The notes: generated by a model from the sequence alone, not told the origin. A DNA stretch of 64,000 nt from an uncultured Planctomycetota bacterium (GCA_963849325.1 CAWKHF010000008.1:160001-224000), one strand, 5' to 3'; positions 45,169-62,659 are shown, numbered from the stretch's first letter. Made by a program: numbers and translations.

Positions 45169-46790
45169 TCAGCACCAGTCCGGGACATCCAGGAATTGCG
45201 TGCAGAAGGGACGTAGGATATTTGCGGGGAACAGGCAAAAGGCGTAATCGCGTCGCTGCAAGACGGCGTTGGCGCGCAACTGCCGCGTGCATCGTGCCAG
45301 CTCGCGGCGCAGTTGTTCCTCGCGCGGATGCAGAAAGCGGCGCAGTTCGTCGGTGAGTTCCCGCAACACTCGGCAGCGTTCGCGGCGTTCGGCGGCGGTC
45401 GCCGGCTCGCGCGCGATCCACGCTTGCTTGCGCGCGGCTAACTCGGCGGCGTCGCCGTCGCTCGCGGCCTCCTCGAGATGACGCTGCGGATTGTAATGCA
45501 CGTCGCGCACGGCACGGGCCAGGCGGCGACGGTCTTCCGCCGTCACCGCGGCGCGCGGCAGCGGCAGCCAGCGCGTCGCCGACAGCACGAGGTAGATAGG
45601 CGGCTCGCAGTCGTAGAAGACGGCGGATCAGCTCATCGGTCAGTTCGTCGTATTTGCCGCCGCCGATGCCGTGCATGAACAGGTCGGCCAGGAACAGCCG
45701 GGCGTACAGCGTCGTCGTCAGCGCCCGGCTGCGGACCTTGAAGCCCTGCGATTCCAGCCCTTGCCACGTCTGGACCGCCGCTTGTGGCTCGACGCGGCAA
45801 CGACGGCCAGCGGTCTTCGCCGGCACGCAGTTCCAAATGATCTCCGCCGATGCGGGCGAACAGCCGCTCTCGACGGCGAGCCGCCGGCACGCCAGGCCCA
45901 GAACGGCGCCTCCAGCCAGTCGCCCTCGGCGGCGAGGTCGGGCACCGGATGATTGCGGCTGCGGATGCCGTGGCGACGGCGATAGTCCTGGACAACCGCG
46001 TTGTACAGCGTGTGAAAACGCGGCAATTCGCGCCAGCAGATGACAGGCGAACCAGGCGAACGGCTCGGTGCGGCAGAGCGGCTGAGCGGCACTTCCAGGT
46101 TGTGACAGCCCCAGCGCGCGCTCGAACGTCCGCCGCGCCGCCGCGAAGCACTCGCCCAGGAGCGGCGTCCGTTCCGCCTGCCGCAGCACCTCGGCCCAGA
46201 ACGCCGGCAGCATCGGCTCGTAGGACCAGCCGCCGCAGCAATTCGCCGGCCCGCTCGGCGAAGCTGGCGAACAGCTGTCTCGATCCGCGATCGTCCGCTC
46301 CTCGTAAGGGACCTCGCCGCTCCAGCGGTCGAACGGCACGCTCCGCAAGTGCGGCCGGTCCTCCGGCTGCGCCGCAGGCGCGGGGAGGCGAAGAGCCGTC
46401 GTCTTGACCGTGTCGTTATCGACGACGAGGTTGAGCGGCGTTGCGCCGTGCGCGCGGGCCAGGCCGTACAGGGCGAAGTTCTTGACCCAGACGCCGGGAT
46501 GGAACAACTCCGGCTGATGCCCCGCGACCAGTAGCGTCGTGCTGGTCGAATCGCGGATGTCGGCGGGTCGGCATTCTCGCCGAGATATTCGAGCGGCGGC
46601 AGCGACGGCGTTCTGGCGAGCCTGGCGGCGCAGGTCGGTCCAGGGCCGGCCGAGCAAGGTACGGTCCGTCCGCGTGGGCATGCAGGCGCTGGCGGTTGAT
46701 CGCCAGCGCGGTGCCGGCCTCGTGCAAGGGCGGTTCGGCGACGACGGCTCCGTCGTCGTCCGGGGCACGCGGGACGGTCCGCTCGCTCAC
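45169..46790 (-). CDS. Conserved hypothetical enzyme (GHQPELFHPGVW..HGIGGGKYD), frameshifted
   Basis: Motifs visible across frames; GTGA overlap with the upstream GT2 gene. Confidence 0.7.
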
Positions 46791-47558
46791 GGACAGGTCC
46801 TCTTGAATGCCGAGTGCAGAAAGCAGAAGGACAGATCTTCTCCGGCATGGCGCATTCGGCCTTCGACAGCGGTTCCGCCTCGGCGGCGGCGATGACCTGG
46901 CGATAGTACGCCAGGCGCTCGGCCGCGTCGTCGAGCACGCCGCCGAAGGCGCGGTTGGGGTCGAGGTACAGCCGCGGCACGCCGACTTCCTTGATGCGCA
47001 GGCCCAGGCGGGCGGCCTGCACCCACAACTGCAACGGCATGCCCCAGCCGGTTTCCGTGATGTGCAGGCGTTCCAGCGCCTCGCGGCGGTACGCCTTGAA
47101 GCCGCAGAAGGCGTCGGTCAGGTGCAGGCCGAAGCGTCGATTCAACTCGGCCGTGATCTCGCTGTTGATGCGGCGGCGGTCCTGCGGCGCCAGCGTGTCC
47201 TGGCGGAAGTCGCGCAGGTAACGGCTGCCGGAGACGATGTCGGCGTCGTGGATCGCTTCCAGCAGCACCGGGATGCGCGACGGCTCGTGCTGGCCGTCGC
47301 AGTCCATGGTCACCAGCACGTCGATCGCCTCGCCGGCGGGCGTAGGCGAAGGCCGAGATCAGGGCCGCGCCGTAGCCGCGGTTGGCCGGGTGCGTGATGA
47401 CCTCCAGGTCCGTCCTGCCGGGCCAGGATGTCGGCCGTGCCGTCGGTCGAGCCGTCGTTGACGACGAGGATGTGCGGGCTGTAACGCCGCACCTCGCGCA
47501 GGACGCTCTCGACGTGACGCGCTTCGTTGTAGACGGGGATGGCGGTGAGGACCTTCAT
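46787..47558 (-). CDS. GT2 (DPM1-like) glycosyltransferase (frameshifted)
   Basis: IPVYNE, VNDGSTDGT, MDCDGQH, SGSRY, DAFCGFKAY. Confidence 0.88.
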
Positions 47559-47848
47559 GCCATGCGATTCCTTGTTCGGGGCGACGAGGGGCATCCCTTG
47601 TTCTTCATTCTAAGGAGGCCGTGCGCGCGAAGTCAAAAAGCTCGCATACCTCTCCGGGAGCCGCGCAGGCAATCCCGGTTTGACAGGACGAACGGTGCGA
47701 AAGGCGGGCCGCGGCTGTCAAAATGGCGGCACGAATCGCCTCCTCCGTGCTCTTGCGTCAAACCTCAGCCGAGAGGGTTTTTCCCAAGTTCTTGCCGCAT
47801 AATGGCTTGATAATGGGGCCGTCCCAGCGTCTCCAGTTGGAAAATTCG

Positions 47849-47864
47849 TGGCACGTTCCTTGCT
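47849..47864 (+). promoter_or_regulatory. sigma54 -24/-12 promoter
   Basis: TGGCACG-N4-TTGCT upstream of the Hsp20 pair. Confidence 0.75.
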
Positions 47865-47997
47865 TTCTATCTGGAGGCGGCACACGTCAAGGCCGCCTTG
47901 GACAGAGACGCTTAACACACGCAACATCTTCATCCCGAGGGCGGTCGCGGATTGCCGCGTCCGAATTGTGGACATCGAGAAACGAAGGAGTTGGAAC

Positions 47998-48444
47998 ATG
48001 AGATCATCGCGTTGGCAGTCGTTCAACCCGGTTTGGAATCAGTTGCAGCAGTTCCAGGAGGAGATGAACCGTCTGTTCCATCGCTGGAACGTCGGCGACT
48101 CGTTCGCCGGGCCGGCCACTTTCCCGCCGCTGAACGTGTGGGAGGACGGCGAGGAGGTCCACGTCGAGGCCGAGCTGCCGGGCCTGGACCTCAAGGACCT
48201 GGAGATTTACGTCAGCGGCGGCAATCAGCTGACCGTCAAGGGCGAGCGCAAGCCGTTGGTGCCGGGCAAGGGCGTATGGCATCGGCAAGAGCGGGCCTTC
48301 GGCGCCTTCACGCGCACGTTGACGCTGCCGTTCCCGGTGGACGCCGACAAGGTCGATGCCCGTCTGGAGAACGGCGTACTGCACGTCCAGCTGACCAAGC
48401 ACGAGTCGGCCCGGCCGCGCAAGATCCCAGTCAAGGCGGAGTAA
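47998..48444 (+). CDS. Hsp20/alpha-crystallin small heat-shock protein
   Basis: FPPLNVWE, AELPG, GER, FTRTLTLP, ENGVL. Confidence 0.92.
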   Translation: MRSSRWQSFNPVWNQLQQFQEEMNRLFHRWNVGDSFAGPATFPPLNVWEDGEEVHVEAELPGLDLKDLEIYVSGGNQLTVKGERKPLVPGKGVWHRQERAFGAFTRTLTLPFPVDADKVDARLENGVLHVQLTKHESARPRKIPVKAE

Positions 48445-48485
48445 GTTGATCCGTAAAGAGGAAACAAGAGAAGGAGAAACCGATC

Positions 48486-48884
48486 ATGGCGAACATCACG
48501 AATACCCCGACGAAAGACCGAGCGGAGGCGGCGCTGCCCGAGGTGACGCGCGGCGGCGTCCACTTCACGCCGCGGGTGGACATCTTCGAGAGCGATGCCG
48601 AGCTGACGCTATACGCCGAGGTGCCCGGCGTGCGATCCGAGGACGTCGATCTGCACTACGAGCAGGGCGAGTTGGTGCTGCACGCGCGGGTGCAACCGCG
48701 TCGCGGCCAGCAGCCGGTGCTGTTGCAGGAGTACGAGGAAGGCGACTTCTATCGCGCCTTCGCCATCCACGAATCGATCGACGCCGGCCGGATCAGCGCC
48801 GAGTGCAAGAATGGCGTGCTGACGGTACATCTGCCCAAGGTCGAGTCGGTTCGGCCGCGACAGATCACCGTGCGCGGCGAGTGA
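48486..48884 (+). CDS. Hsp20/alpha-crystallin small heat-shock protein
   Basis: PRVDIFE, EVPGV, FYRAF, KNGVLTVHLPK. Confidence 0.92.
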   Translation: MANITNTPTKDRAEAALPEVTRGGVHFTPRVDIFESDAELTLYAEVPGVRSEDVDLHYEQGELVLHARVQPRRGQQPVLLQEYEEGDFYRAFAIHESIDAGRISAECKNGVLTVHLPKVESVRPRQITVRGE

Positions 48885-48892
48885 TCGTGTTT

Positions 48893-49014
48893 AAAAAAAT
48901 GAACCACGGATAACACGGATAAAAGACAAAAATAGAGAAAGAGACCGGAAGGGAACGTTCCTCGGTATCATTTTTCTTTTTGTGTTTATCCGTGTTATCC
49001 GTGGTTCATTTTTT
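48893..49014. repeat. Long inverted repeat (aaccacggataacacggata), probable bidirectional terminator
   Basis: Between convergent genes; related to 29018-29165. Confidence 0.8.
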
Positions 49015-51144
49015 TAAACACGGCAGTTCTGTCGTGGCCGCGTGGGCGCGGTTGCGAACAAGGAGGTCAGCGTCTCGGGGTCGGCGGGCTTGACGAGATG
49101 ATGGTCGAAGCCGGCCTCGCGCGAGCGGCGCAGGTCCTCAGCCTGTCCGTAGCCCGTCAGGGCCACCAGCAGCGGCTGGGATCCCGGCCGTGCCCGCAGT
49201 CGTCGCGCCACCTCATAGCCGTCCATGCCCGGCAGGCCGATGTCCAGCAGCACCACCTCCGGCTCGAACGCCTCGGACTCGACCAGGGCGGCCGGCCCAT
49301 CATGACAGGTCCGTACCTCATGTCCGACTAGCTCCAGCACCATCGCCAGGCTCCGCGCCCCGTCGGCGTTGTCGTCCACGATGAGCACTCGACTGCGCTG
49401 AGGCTGGGCCGCCGGCTTGGCGGAGCCGTTGACCGGCGGAGGCAGCCCCTCGGACAGGACCGGCAGATACACCACGAACTCGCTGCCTCGGTTCGGTCCT
49501 TCGCTGAACGCTTCCACTCGTCCGCCGTGCAGCTCGATCAGCTTGTGTACCAGTGTCAAGCCAATGCCCAGCCCTCCCTGGGCGCGGTCCAGCGAGCGAT
49601 CGACCTGCGTGAACAGCTCGAAGATCGACGACAGCATGTCGGAAGGGATGCCAACGCCGTTGTCCTGGATGCGCAGGACCACCTCGCCGTCGTGCGCGCT
49701 GCGCCGCCAGGGCGATGCGGCCGCCCTCCTCGGTGTACTTGGCGGCGTTGTTGAGCAGGTTGGCCAGCACCTGGGCCAACCGCACCGGGTCGCCGCGCAC
49801 CAGGAGCGGCTCGGACGGCAGCAGCACCGTCAGCTCGTGCTTGCGCGCGTCCAAGAGCGGCCGGCTCGTCTCGACGGCGCGGGCGATGACGCCGGCCAGG
49901 TCCACGCACTCCTCCTGCAAACGAATCTTGCCGCGCGTGATCCGCGACAGGTCGAGCAGGTCGTCCACGAGCCGCACCAGCTGCTGCACTTGCCGGTCGA
50001 TCATGTCCTGGACGGCGCGGACTTCCGGCTCGTCGCCGCCGCGCAGGCGGAGGACCTGAACGGCGTTGCGGATGGGGGCCAGGGGGTTGCGCAGCTCGTG
50101 GGCCAGCATCGACAGAAACTCGTTCTTGTGGCGGTCGGCCTCCTGGACGTTGTGGTACAGCCGAGCGTTGTCCAGGGCGATGGCGGCGCGTCCGGCCAGG
50201 TCTTCGGCCAGGGCCAGGTCGGCCGGACCAAAGCGACGGCCGGAGCTGCCCTGTCCCAGAGTCAGGGCGCCGAGGGTGCGGCCGCGAGCCTGGAGCGGCA
50301 GCAGGACGGCGGAGTGAAGCCTTTCGCCCTCGCCCGCCGGCTCGTCGCTGCGCAGGCCGTCGGCGGGTACGGCACGGCCAGATCGTTCAGGGTCTCGGCC
50401 TTGCCGGAGGCGAGAACGCGCTCCAGCGCCGCCCGCACCTCGTCGGCGGGGCCTTCGGAGCCGGCCAGCGAACCGAAGCAGATCGATTGCGCCGCCGAGG
50501 AGAACCAGGCCAGTTCGCTTCGCCACGTCGGACTCGTCTCGCCCAGCAGTGTGACGCCGGCCACGTCGGCCAGGTACGGCACCACCAACCGCAGCAGGCC
50601 GCGCAGCGTCGCCTCGTAGTCGAGCGAGCTGGACAGCACCGTGCTGGCCTCGGCCAGGAAAGCCAGGCGCCGCGTGGCCTCCTCGGCGGCGGCGCGGGCG
50701 GCCTGCTCGCGCGCCAGGGCCACGCGCTCGTCGGCCTGCTGCCGCGACCTGCTGCGTCATGCGATACAGATCGACGAATACCTTGACCTTGGTGCGCAGG
50801 ATCTCCGGCACGACCGGCGACAGGATGTAATCGACCGCTCCCAGCGAGTAGCCCTGGGCGGTGTGCATTTCGTCGGCGAAGGCGGTGACGAAGATGATCG
50901 GCGTGTGCGCCGACTTGCGGCGCTGGCGGATCAGCGCCGCCGTCTCGAAGCCGTCCATGCCCGGCATGTTGACGTCGAGCAGGATGACGGCGAAGTCGTG
51001 CTCGAGCACGCGGCGCAGCGCCTCCTGCCCGGAGCTGGCCGTGACGACGTTCTCGTCCAACTCCTCCAGGATCGACTCCAGGACGAGGAGCTTTTCCGGC
51101 AGATCGTCCACGATCAGGATGTTGATCTTGTCGGCGTCGCCCAT
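49014..51144 (-). CDS. Hybrid sensor histidine kinase REC-GAF-HisKA-HATPase-REC (frameshifted)
   Basis: ILIVDD..LLDVNMPGMDG; LAHELRNPL; NLLNNAAKYT; DNGVGI, GGLGIGL; LLDIGLPGMDG. Confidence 0.9.
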
Positions 51145-51191
51145 GACCCTCCAGCTTAGCACCAGGCCTCCCGAGGTTACACCCCCAAAGA

Positions 51192-51294
51192 AGGGAATAG
51201 GGAATAGGGAGTAGGGAATAGGGAGTAGGGAATAGGGGCAAGAGAAGAAGGAGCCTCACACCTATTCCCTATTCCCTATTCCCTATTCCCTATT
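51192..51294. repeat. Inverted heptamer arrays (GGGARTA)n / (TATTCCC)n between the two kinases
   Basis: Directly visible. Confidence 0.9.
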
Positions 51295-51298
51295 TCTG

Positions 51299-57677
<6,379 letters not shown>

Positions 57678-57932
57678 GAAAACTTCTCCCCAAAGCGTCG
57701 TTGCCAATCGGGGCCGCCAAGCCAAGGACGCTCAGCGGGTTGGGTCGTGCTCCGTGCAAATGACGCGCCCGGCGCGCGGACGCTCGCGTGCCGAGGGCTG
57801 CCATAGACCCCGTTGAGTGCGTTTGGATGGTGGCAAGTATAGCTTATTCTCGTTGGTCCAGCAATGGTAAGTCCCTATCGGACAAGCTCTAACTCAGGAA
57901 TGGCGAGGGGAATTACGGCTTCGGGGCCGACC

Positions 57933-59281
57933 TCACGCCAGTTCGATTCGCTGGTGCGTGATGCGCTGCGCGTCGAACACGCCCAGGCCCAACGTCTCGG
58001 CCAGGGGAATGTGCTGCGGCTGGCGGATGTGCAGCTGTTCGGGATAGGGTTTGCCGTCGATCTGGGCCACGCCGCTCGCGCATCCAGTCCCATCGCCGCG
58101 ACGACCGGCCAGCCCTCCTCGACCCGTTTGCGATCGATAATGTCCCAACCGACGTGGTCCAGCGCCACCGGATCGGTGGCGAACAACAAGCTGTTGTAAC
58201 GCCAGGTGGCGAAGGTCTTGTTGGAGGTCTGCGGGCCGCCCTCCCAGGTGCCGACCAGGCCGTCGAGGATGTGCAGCACCGCCTTGGTTCGGGTGGCCGG
58301 CAGCGAGGCCATGGTCGGGATGAACGTGCCGCACTGGTTCAAGGTGCCGCCCGGCTTGTCGGCCGGCCGCTGTTTGCCGTAGAGGATGTGACTGCGGCAG
58401 ACGTTGTTGACCAGGCCGTGCGACAGGTCCTTCAGCGCCAGCGTCACGCCCGACGAGCGATGGTCCTTCAGCACCGGGATGGTGATGAGCTTGTCGATCT
58501 TCCGCGACACGATCGTCGTCAGGTGCGAGCGGAAACGGCGGTCGTCCTTGGGGTCGTGCTGGGGATGGCAGTAGGCGACCTCGCGGTAGATGTCCGGGTC
58601 GTAGCCGGCGACGTGGTCCTCGCGCGGTTGGCCGGGCAGTTGGCCGTCGATCTCCAGTTGCAAGTCGTCATAGCGGGCCGAGGCGCATTCCCAGTACACG
58701 CCGTCGGGCAGTGTCTCGGGATAACCGCACAGCAGGAACTCGTGCTTGTAGCGCTCGAAGACGAGGATGTCGCCGGCGCGGACGCCGGCGGCGCGCAGGC
58801 CGTCGATGACTTCCAGCACCACCTCGTAACTGGAGATGGAGTCGGGCCGACCGACGGGCACCACCTTGATGCCGACGCGATCGCCGGGAGAGAAGAAGCG
58901 GCGCCAGGCTTGCACGGCGTCCTCGCTGCCGGTCAATTCGGTCATGCCGCGGTCGATCATGGCCTTGATGGCCTCGCGGTTGCGTTCGCTGTAGCCGTTG
59001 TTCTTCTTACCGGCCCGCACGGCGCCGGCGTGACGTACCTCAATGACGCGGCCGGGGAACGGACCCGGCATCGCCGGCGGATTGCTCGCCGCGATGGTGG
59101 GCGCGGCGAGAGGAGGGCCGCCGCCCGGTTGGGATTTCGAGGTCGCCAGTTGTCGGCCGACCCAGCCCGCCGCCGCGCCTCCCACGGCGCCCAGGGCCGC
59201 ACCGGCCAGGAAGATCCGGCGCGTGCAGCGCGGACCGGCATTCATCGCGGGAGGGATGGGCCGGGGGTTTTCGTCGGACAT
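57933..59281 (-). CDS. Tat-exported DUF362-domain protein (indel near 58075)
   Basis: TRRIFL twin-arginine motif; VGIKV, PVLKDH..GVTLALKDL, ATDPVALD. Confidence 0.8.
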
Positions 59282-59369
59282 GGTGTCGCTCCTGGCGTTC
59301 TGATTGTCCAGTCTTCGTCGAGGCGTGGCGAGGCGTACCCCCACTCTACAGCCGCCGATGAGCGATGGT

Positions 59370-59607
59370 AAAGGGCTGTAACCGATCCTTCGTAGACGAA
59401 GTCCCAGATTTCATCGAACTGGAGCCGCTGACAGGTCAGGTTCCGCATAACTTCATGCTGGAAGCGCGCGAGACGCGGCCCGCATCGATCAACAGATTCG
59501 TCACGGTATTGATCGACACTCCGACCATACGGGACGTGGATCGGAGGAGCAATCCTCGGTCAAGGCCCGGAGGATGGCGCTGCGGCGTTCTAGGGGAGAC
59601 GATTCAT
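59370..59607 (-). pseudogene. IS1-family transposase N-terminal remnant
   Basis: Across frames: MNRL..RRSAILRAL..RSTSRMVGVSINTVTNLL.DAG (HTH) and LQFDEIWDFV (first DDE Asp), then truncated. Confidence 0.7.
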
Positions 59608-59962
59608 ATTGACATTTTGCTTGAGAACCAGCCCCACGGTCAAGGTCCGTAGGTATTGATTCGCAAACAGTCAAGGGTACAATGAGGCAGAAGTCTTTTA
59701 CGGAAAAAGGCTTGCGAAAGAAGCTTGATCGCTGCGCAACCGGGAGAGAAAATCCGATTGAACCACCACTGAATTTTTGTATCATTGCTCATTTGTCCCA
59801 GCCGTACCAGCACCGCAAGCGAGGAGAGTCGCCATGCCCGAAGGGGTGTCTGGAGTTTATTTCAGTAGGAGTCGCCCGAATGTCGATCTCCGGATAAAAG
59901 CCGGACTGCCAAGACGCCACTTCGTTGACCGGATGGTCCCTAACAGGACGAGAGGAGCCAGG

Positions 59963-60415
59963 ATGGCGATTAACGAGCCTCTGCTTCCGGGGCTTGGCGG
60001 CGGCCCTTCCGTGATCGCAAGTCAAGCTGCCATCGAGTTGGATCATCTTTTGCTGGGCCGAGCGTCCGGCCTATTTGCCGTCCAGAAACTTGCCGAGTTG
60101 ATCGAAAGCGAGTTCCAGACGGGTACGGGCACCGGGACGCATTCGCACGGTGCGGCTGCGGTCGGTGTGATGAGACGCGCCCTCGCTGCGGCCAACGGCG
60201 GCACTCCCCCAACGTCGCGGGTTGATGAGGTAGTGACCCAGGCGGGACAGGTCACGCAGTCTCTGAAAAGCATCGTCGCTGACCCGGAAGGGTTCAAGAG
60301 GAAGAATCCCGCCGAAGTGGCAAGGATGCGGTCCTTCTGCGTTGCTTACTCTGAACAAGCTTCCGGGGCCAAGAGGCTACGAGGCAACAGACCACCGCGT
60401 CGTCACAGGAGGTGA
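59963..60415 (+). CDS. Hypothetical helical protein, first gene of the cargo operon
   Basis: GAGGAG + ATG; 150 codons; 3 nt before the next start. Confidence 0.65.
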   Translation: MAINEPLLPGLGGGPSVIASQAAIELDHLLLGRASGLFAVQKLAELIESEFQTGTGTGTHSHGAAAVGVMRRALAAANGGTPPTSRVDEVVTQAGQVTQSLKSIVADPEGFKRKNPAEVARMRSFCVAYSEQASGAKRLRGNRPPRRHRR

Positions 60416-60418
60416 AGC

Positions 60419-61686
60419 GTGTTTTTGTTGAGGTACTCCCGAGAACGGATCGGGGAAATCCTCGCGGAAATCAAGCGGGTAGGCGAAGCAGAGTTCGCCT
60501 ATGAGCAGCCAAAAAAGCTCCTCCAAGAACTCGAAACCCTCTTCCGAAACAACCTCTCGTATCTCAACACGCTAGACGATAAAAGCGATCCAAATACAGT
60601 CAAGACGGCTTGAGCCAGCGCTCTCGGCTTGATATTCGACTACCTGCCGGTAACTGGCATAGTTCTCAGGTCTACTCAAGTCCGGAACGCATTTGAAGTT
60701 TATGGACCGCTCCTGCGGCTTGCTCGCGCTGTCCTTGAACCCGGTGTTCCTCACGACCAAGCGAAAACGCAATTGGTTCTCTCCTCCGGTTGGGAATACT
60801 CGCCCCTGATGTACTCTGTCGCTCAGGACCTACCCGACTTCGTACTGATCGAGTTCCCAGCACCAGAGTCGTCCAACCCGCTACTACTCCCTCTCGCCGG
60901 TCACGAATTAGGACATTCGGTATGGCTAAAGCGTGGGCTTGAGCAGTCGCTTGAGGCTGAAGTGCATCGACAAACCGTCAAGTCCATAGGGAAGGAACTC
61001 GCGGCATTTAAGCAAGTGTTCAAACTCCTGCCTACGGTGACGGCCACGGACCTAGAAAACGACGCGGATATCGTTCAACTCTACGAGCCGTCTGAAATAT
61101 GGTTGATGTCGCAAGCGATGGAGACTTTCTGCGACTTCATTGGACTTCGCATATTCGGAATCTGTTTTCTCCGGGCCTTTTCTTATCTACTAGCGCGCCG
61201 TGCTTTGCCGGCGAGCGCAGCGAGTTCTACCCGAACATGGTGCCGCGCGTGAACAACCTTCTTGTAGCCGCGGCGAAGTACCAGCTTAGCCCGCCTCCGG
61301 GTTATGTGAGTCTGTTCAAGAACGATACGGAGCCGCCGCTTACGGACGCTAATAAGTTTCTGATCAAGATAGCTGATCTTTCCCTTAACGGCCTTGTAAA
61401 ACAGCTCGCTAAAGAGGCTGACTCGGTTGTCGCGCAATCGGGCCTAGCCTCATCCACCCCAGACCAAGTTAGCCGCCTTGCCAAACGCATGCGATTGATC
61501 GTGCCGGGAGAAAACGCTTGTGGGCTGCCTGATATTGTCAACGCGGCTTGGCAGCTCTACGATGCACCCGACCTTTGGAAAGAGGTTCCTGAGATACACG
61601 AGAAAAGGGATCGAGTATTAAAGGAACTTGTCCTGAAGAATATTGAGATTTTTGAGATTGAACAACGATTAAGAGGTGCCCCATAG
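60419..61686 (+). CDS. HExxH-motif protein of about 420 aa (in-frame TGA at 60611, frameshift near 61195)
   Basis: LRSTQVRNAFE, LAGHELGH, METFCDFIG..FG, YP..R; frames 60419 and 60629 are the same. Confidence 0.7.
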
Positions 61687-62304
61687 ATGATCCGCGCTAA
61701 TGAAATTCACAGGCTGATTGACGAGGGAAACAAGCCAAAAACCAAAGACCCTCTAGTGATAACCCCGCGGCCAATCATTTCTGATGCCGGGTCAGCCTCG
61801 GTTGACCTTCGCCTAGGAACGTGGTTCGTCACGCTACGACAGGCGCGCATGCTCTGCCTCAGAGCGGACGAAATGCACGGCGAGCAGTTGACAAAGACCC
61901 GATACGTTCCTTTTGGAGAGGAATACTATCTACACCCTCGCAGTTTCGTGCTGAGCGTCACGCTCGAATGGATACGCCTGCCAAGGGAGTTCGGTGCCTA
62001 CGTTACCGGCCGATCCAGCTGGGGAAGACGCGGGCTAATCATTGCTACCGCTACGGGCGTGCATCCTGGATTCACCGGCTGTCTGACCCTGGAACTGACG
62101 AACGTGGGGGAGATACCTATAGCTATCTCTCCGGGGATGGCGATATGCCAGTTGTTCTTGCACCGGGTCGAGGGGTCAATCCAAGGGACGATGGACCGAA
62201 CACAGTTTTCAGGAAGTCGGAAGCCCGCGCTGGGTGACGTAAAATCGGATGACTTCGCCCGCAAACTCCGCGGATCAGCGTCCGCGATCACTGGTCAGCC
62301 TTGA
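61687..62304 (+). CDS. dcd: dCTP deaminase (trimeric dUTPase superfamily)
   Basis: SVDLRLG, TLEWIRLP, GRSSWGRRGL, HPGFTGCLTLELTNVG, PGMAICQL. Confidence 0.88.
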   Translation: MIRANEIHRLIDEGNKPKTKDPLVITPRPIISDAGSASVDLRLGTWFVTLRQARMLCLRADEMHGEQLTKTRYVPFGEEYYLHPRSFVLSVTLEWIRLPREFGAYVTGRSSWGRRGLIIATATGVHPGFTGCLTLELTNVGEIPIAISPGMAICQLFLHRVEGSIQGTMDRTQFSGSRKPALGDVKSDDFARKLRGSASAITGQP

Positions 62305-62558
62305 CCATGCGCTTTGGCCGACTTTTTCCACCTGGCCTGCGCCGCTTTCCTCGCAATGTCGCAACGTCGTTTCTGGGTTAACCGCTTTGCCCGCGCCTTG
62401 CCGTCCTTTTGGCCCCCAAGCTGGCCTCGCGCAACGTCTTTCCCCGCTTCCGGGTCAGGCGTCTTTGGAGTCTGTCCGGTAGCTTCCTTGACGATCCGGT
62501 GCGCCAAGGCGTTGATGTCCTCGCGGACCTTCGGCTTCTTTCGCTGCTTCACCATCAC
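62295..62558 (-). CDS. Small basic protein (LGG.KDGKARA..IARKAAQARW) typical of IS1-like elements
   Basis: DINALAHRIV.EAT and GKARA motifs. Confidence 0.65.
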   Translation of the reverse strand: MMVKQRKKPKVREDINALAHRIVKEATGQTPKTPDPEAGKDVARGQLGGQKDGKARAKRLTQKRRCDIARKAAQARWKKSAKAHGQG

Positions 62559-62659
62559 CCGACGCTACCGGAAACTGGGCCAAGCGGGAAGAGAGAAGTC
62601 GGGTTGGGACAGTTCAAACTGAGACACTACCCGGTAGTTCTTATCGAAGTGGATCGCGG

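Larger units (their letters stand above)
59367..62631 (-). mobile_element. Degenerate IS1-like element with cargo (lower GC)
   Basis: Transposase N-terminal remnant, GGKARA-type small ORF, terminal CAAACTGAGACACTACC; inserted between the DUF362 gene and lpxK. Confidence 0.6.

Noticed and set aside
59367-59385. Left terminal inverted repeat and target-site duplication of the IS1-like element
   Set aside because: Only GGTA matches the right end and no flanking duplication was found, so the left boundary is approximate.
60611-60613. In-frame TGA as selenocysteine
   Set aside because: No convincing SECIS-like hairpin seen downstream and no redox motif. A nonsense mutation or base-call error is more likely.
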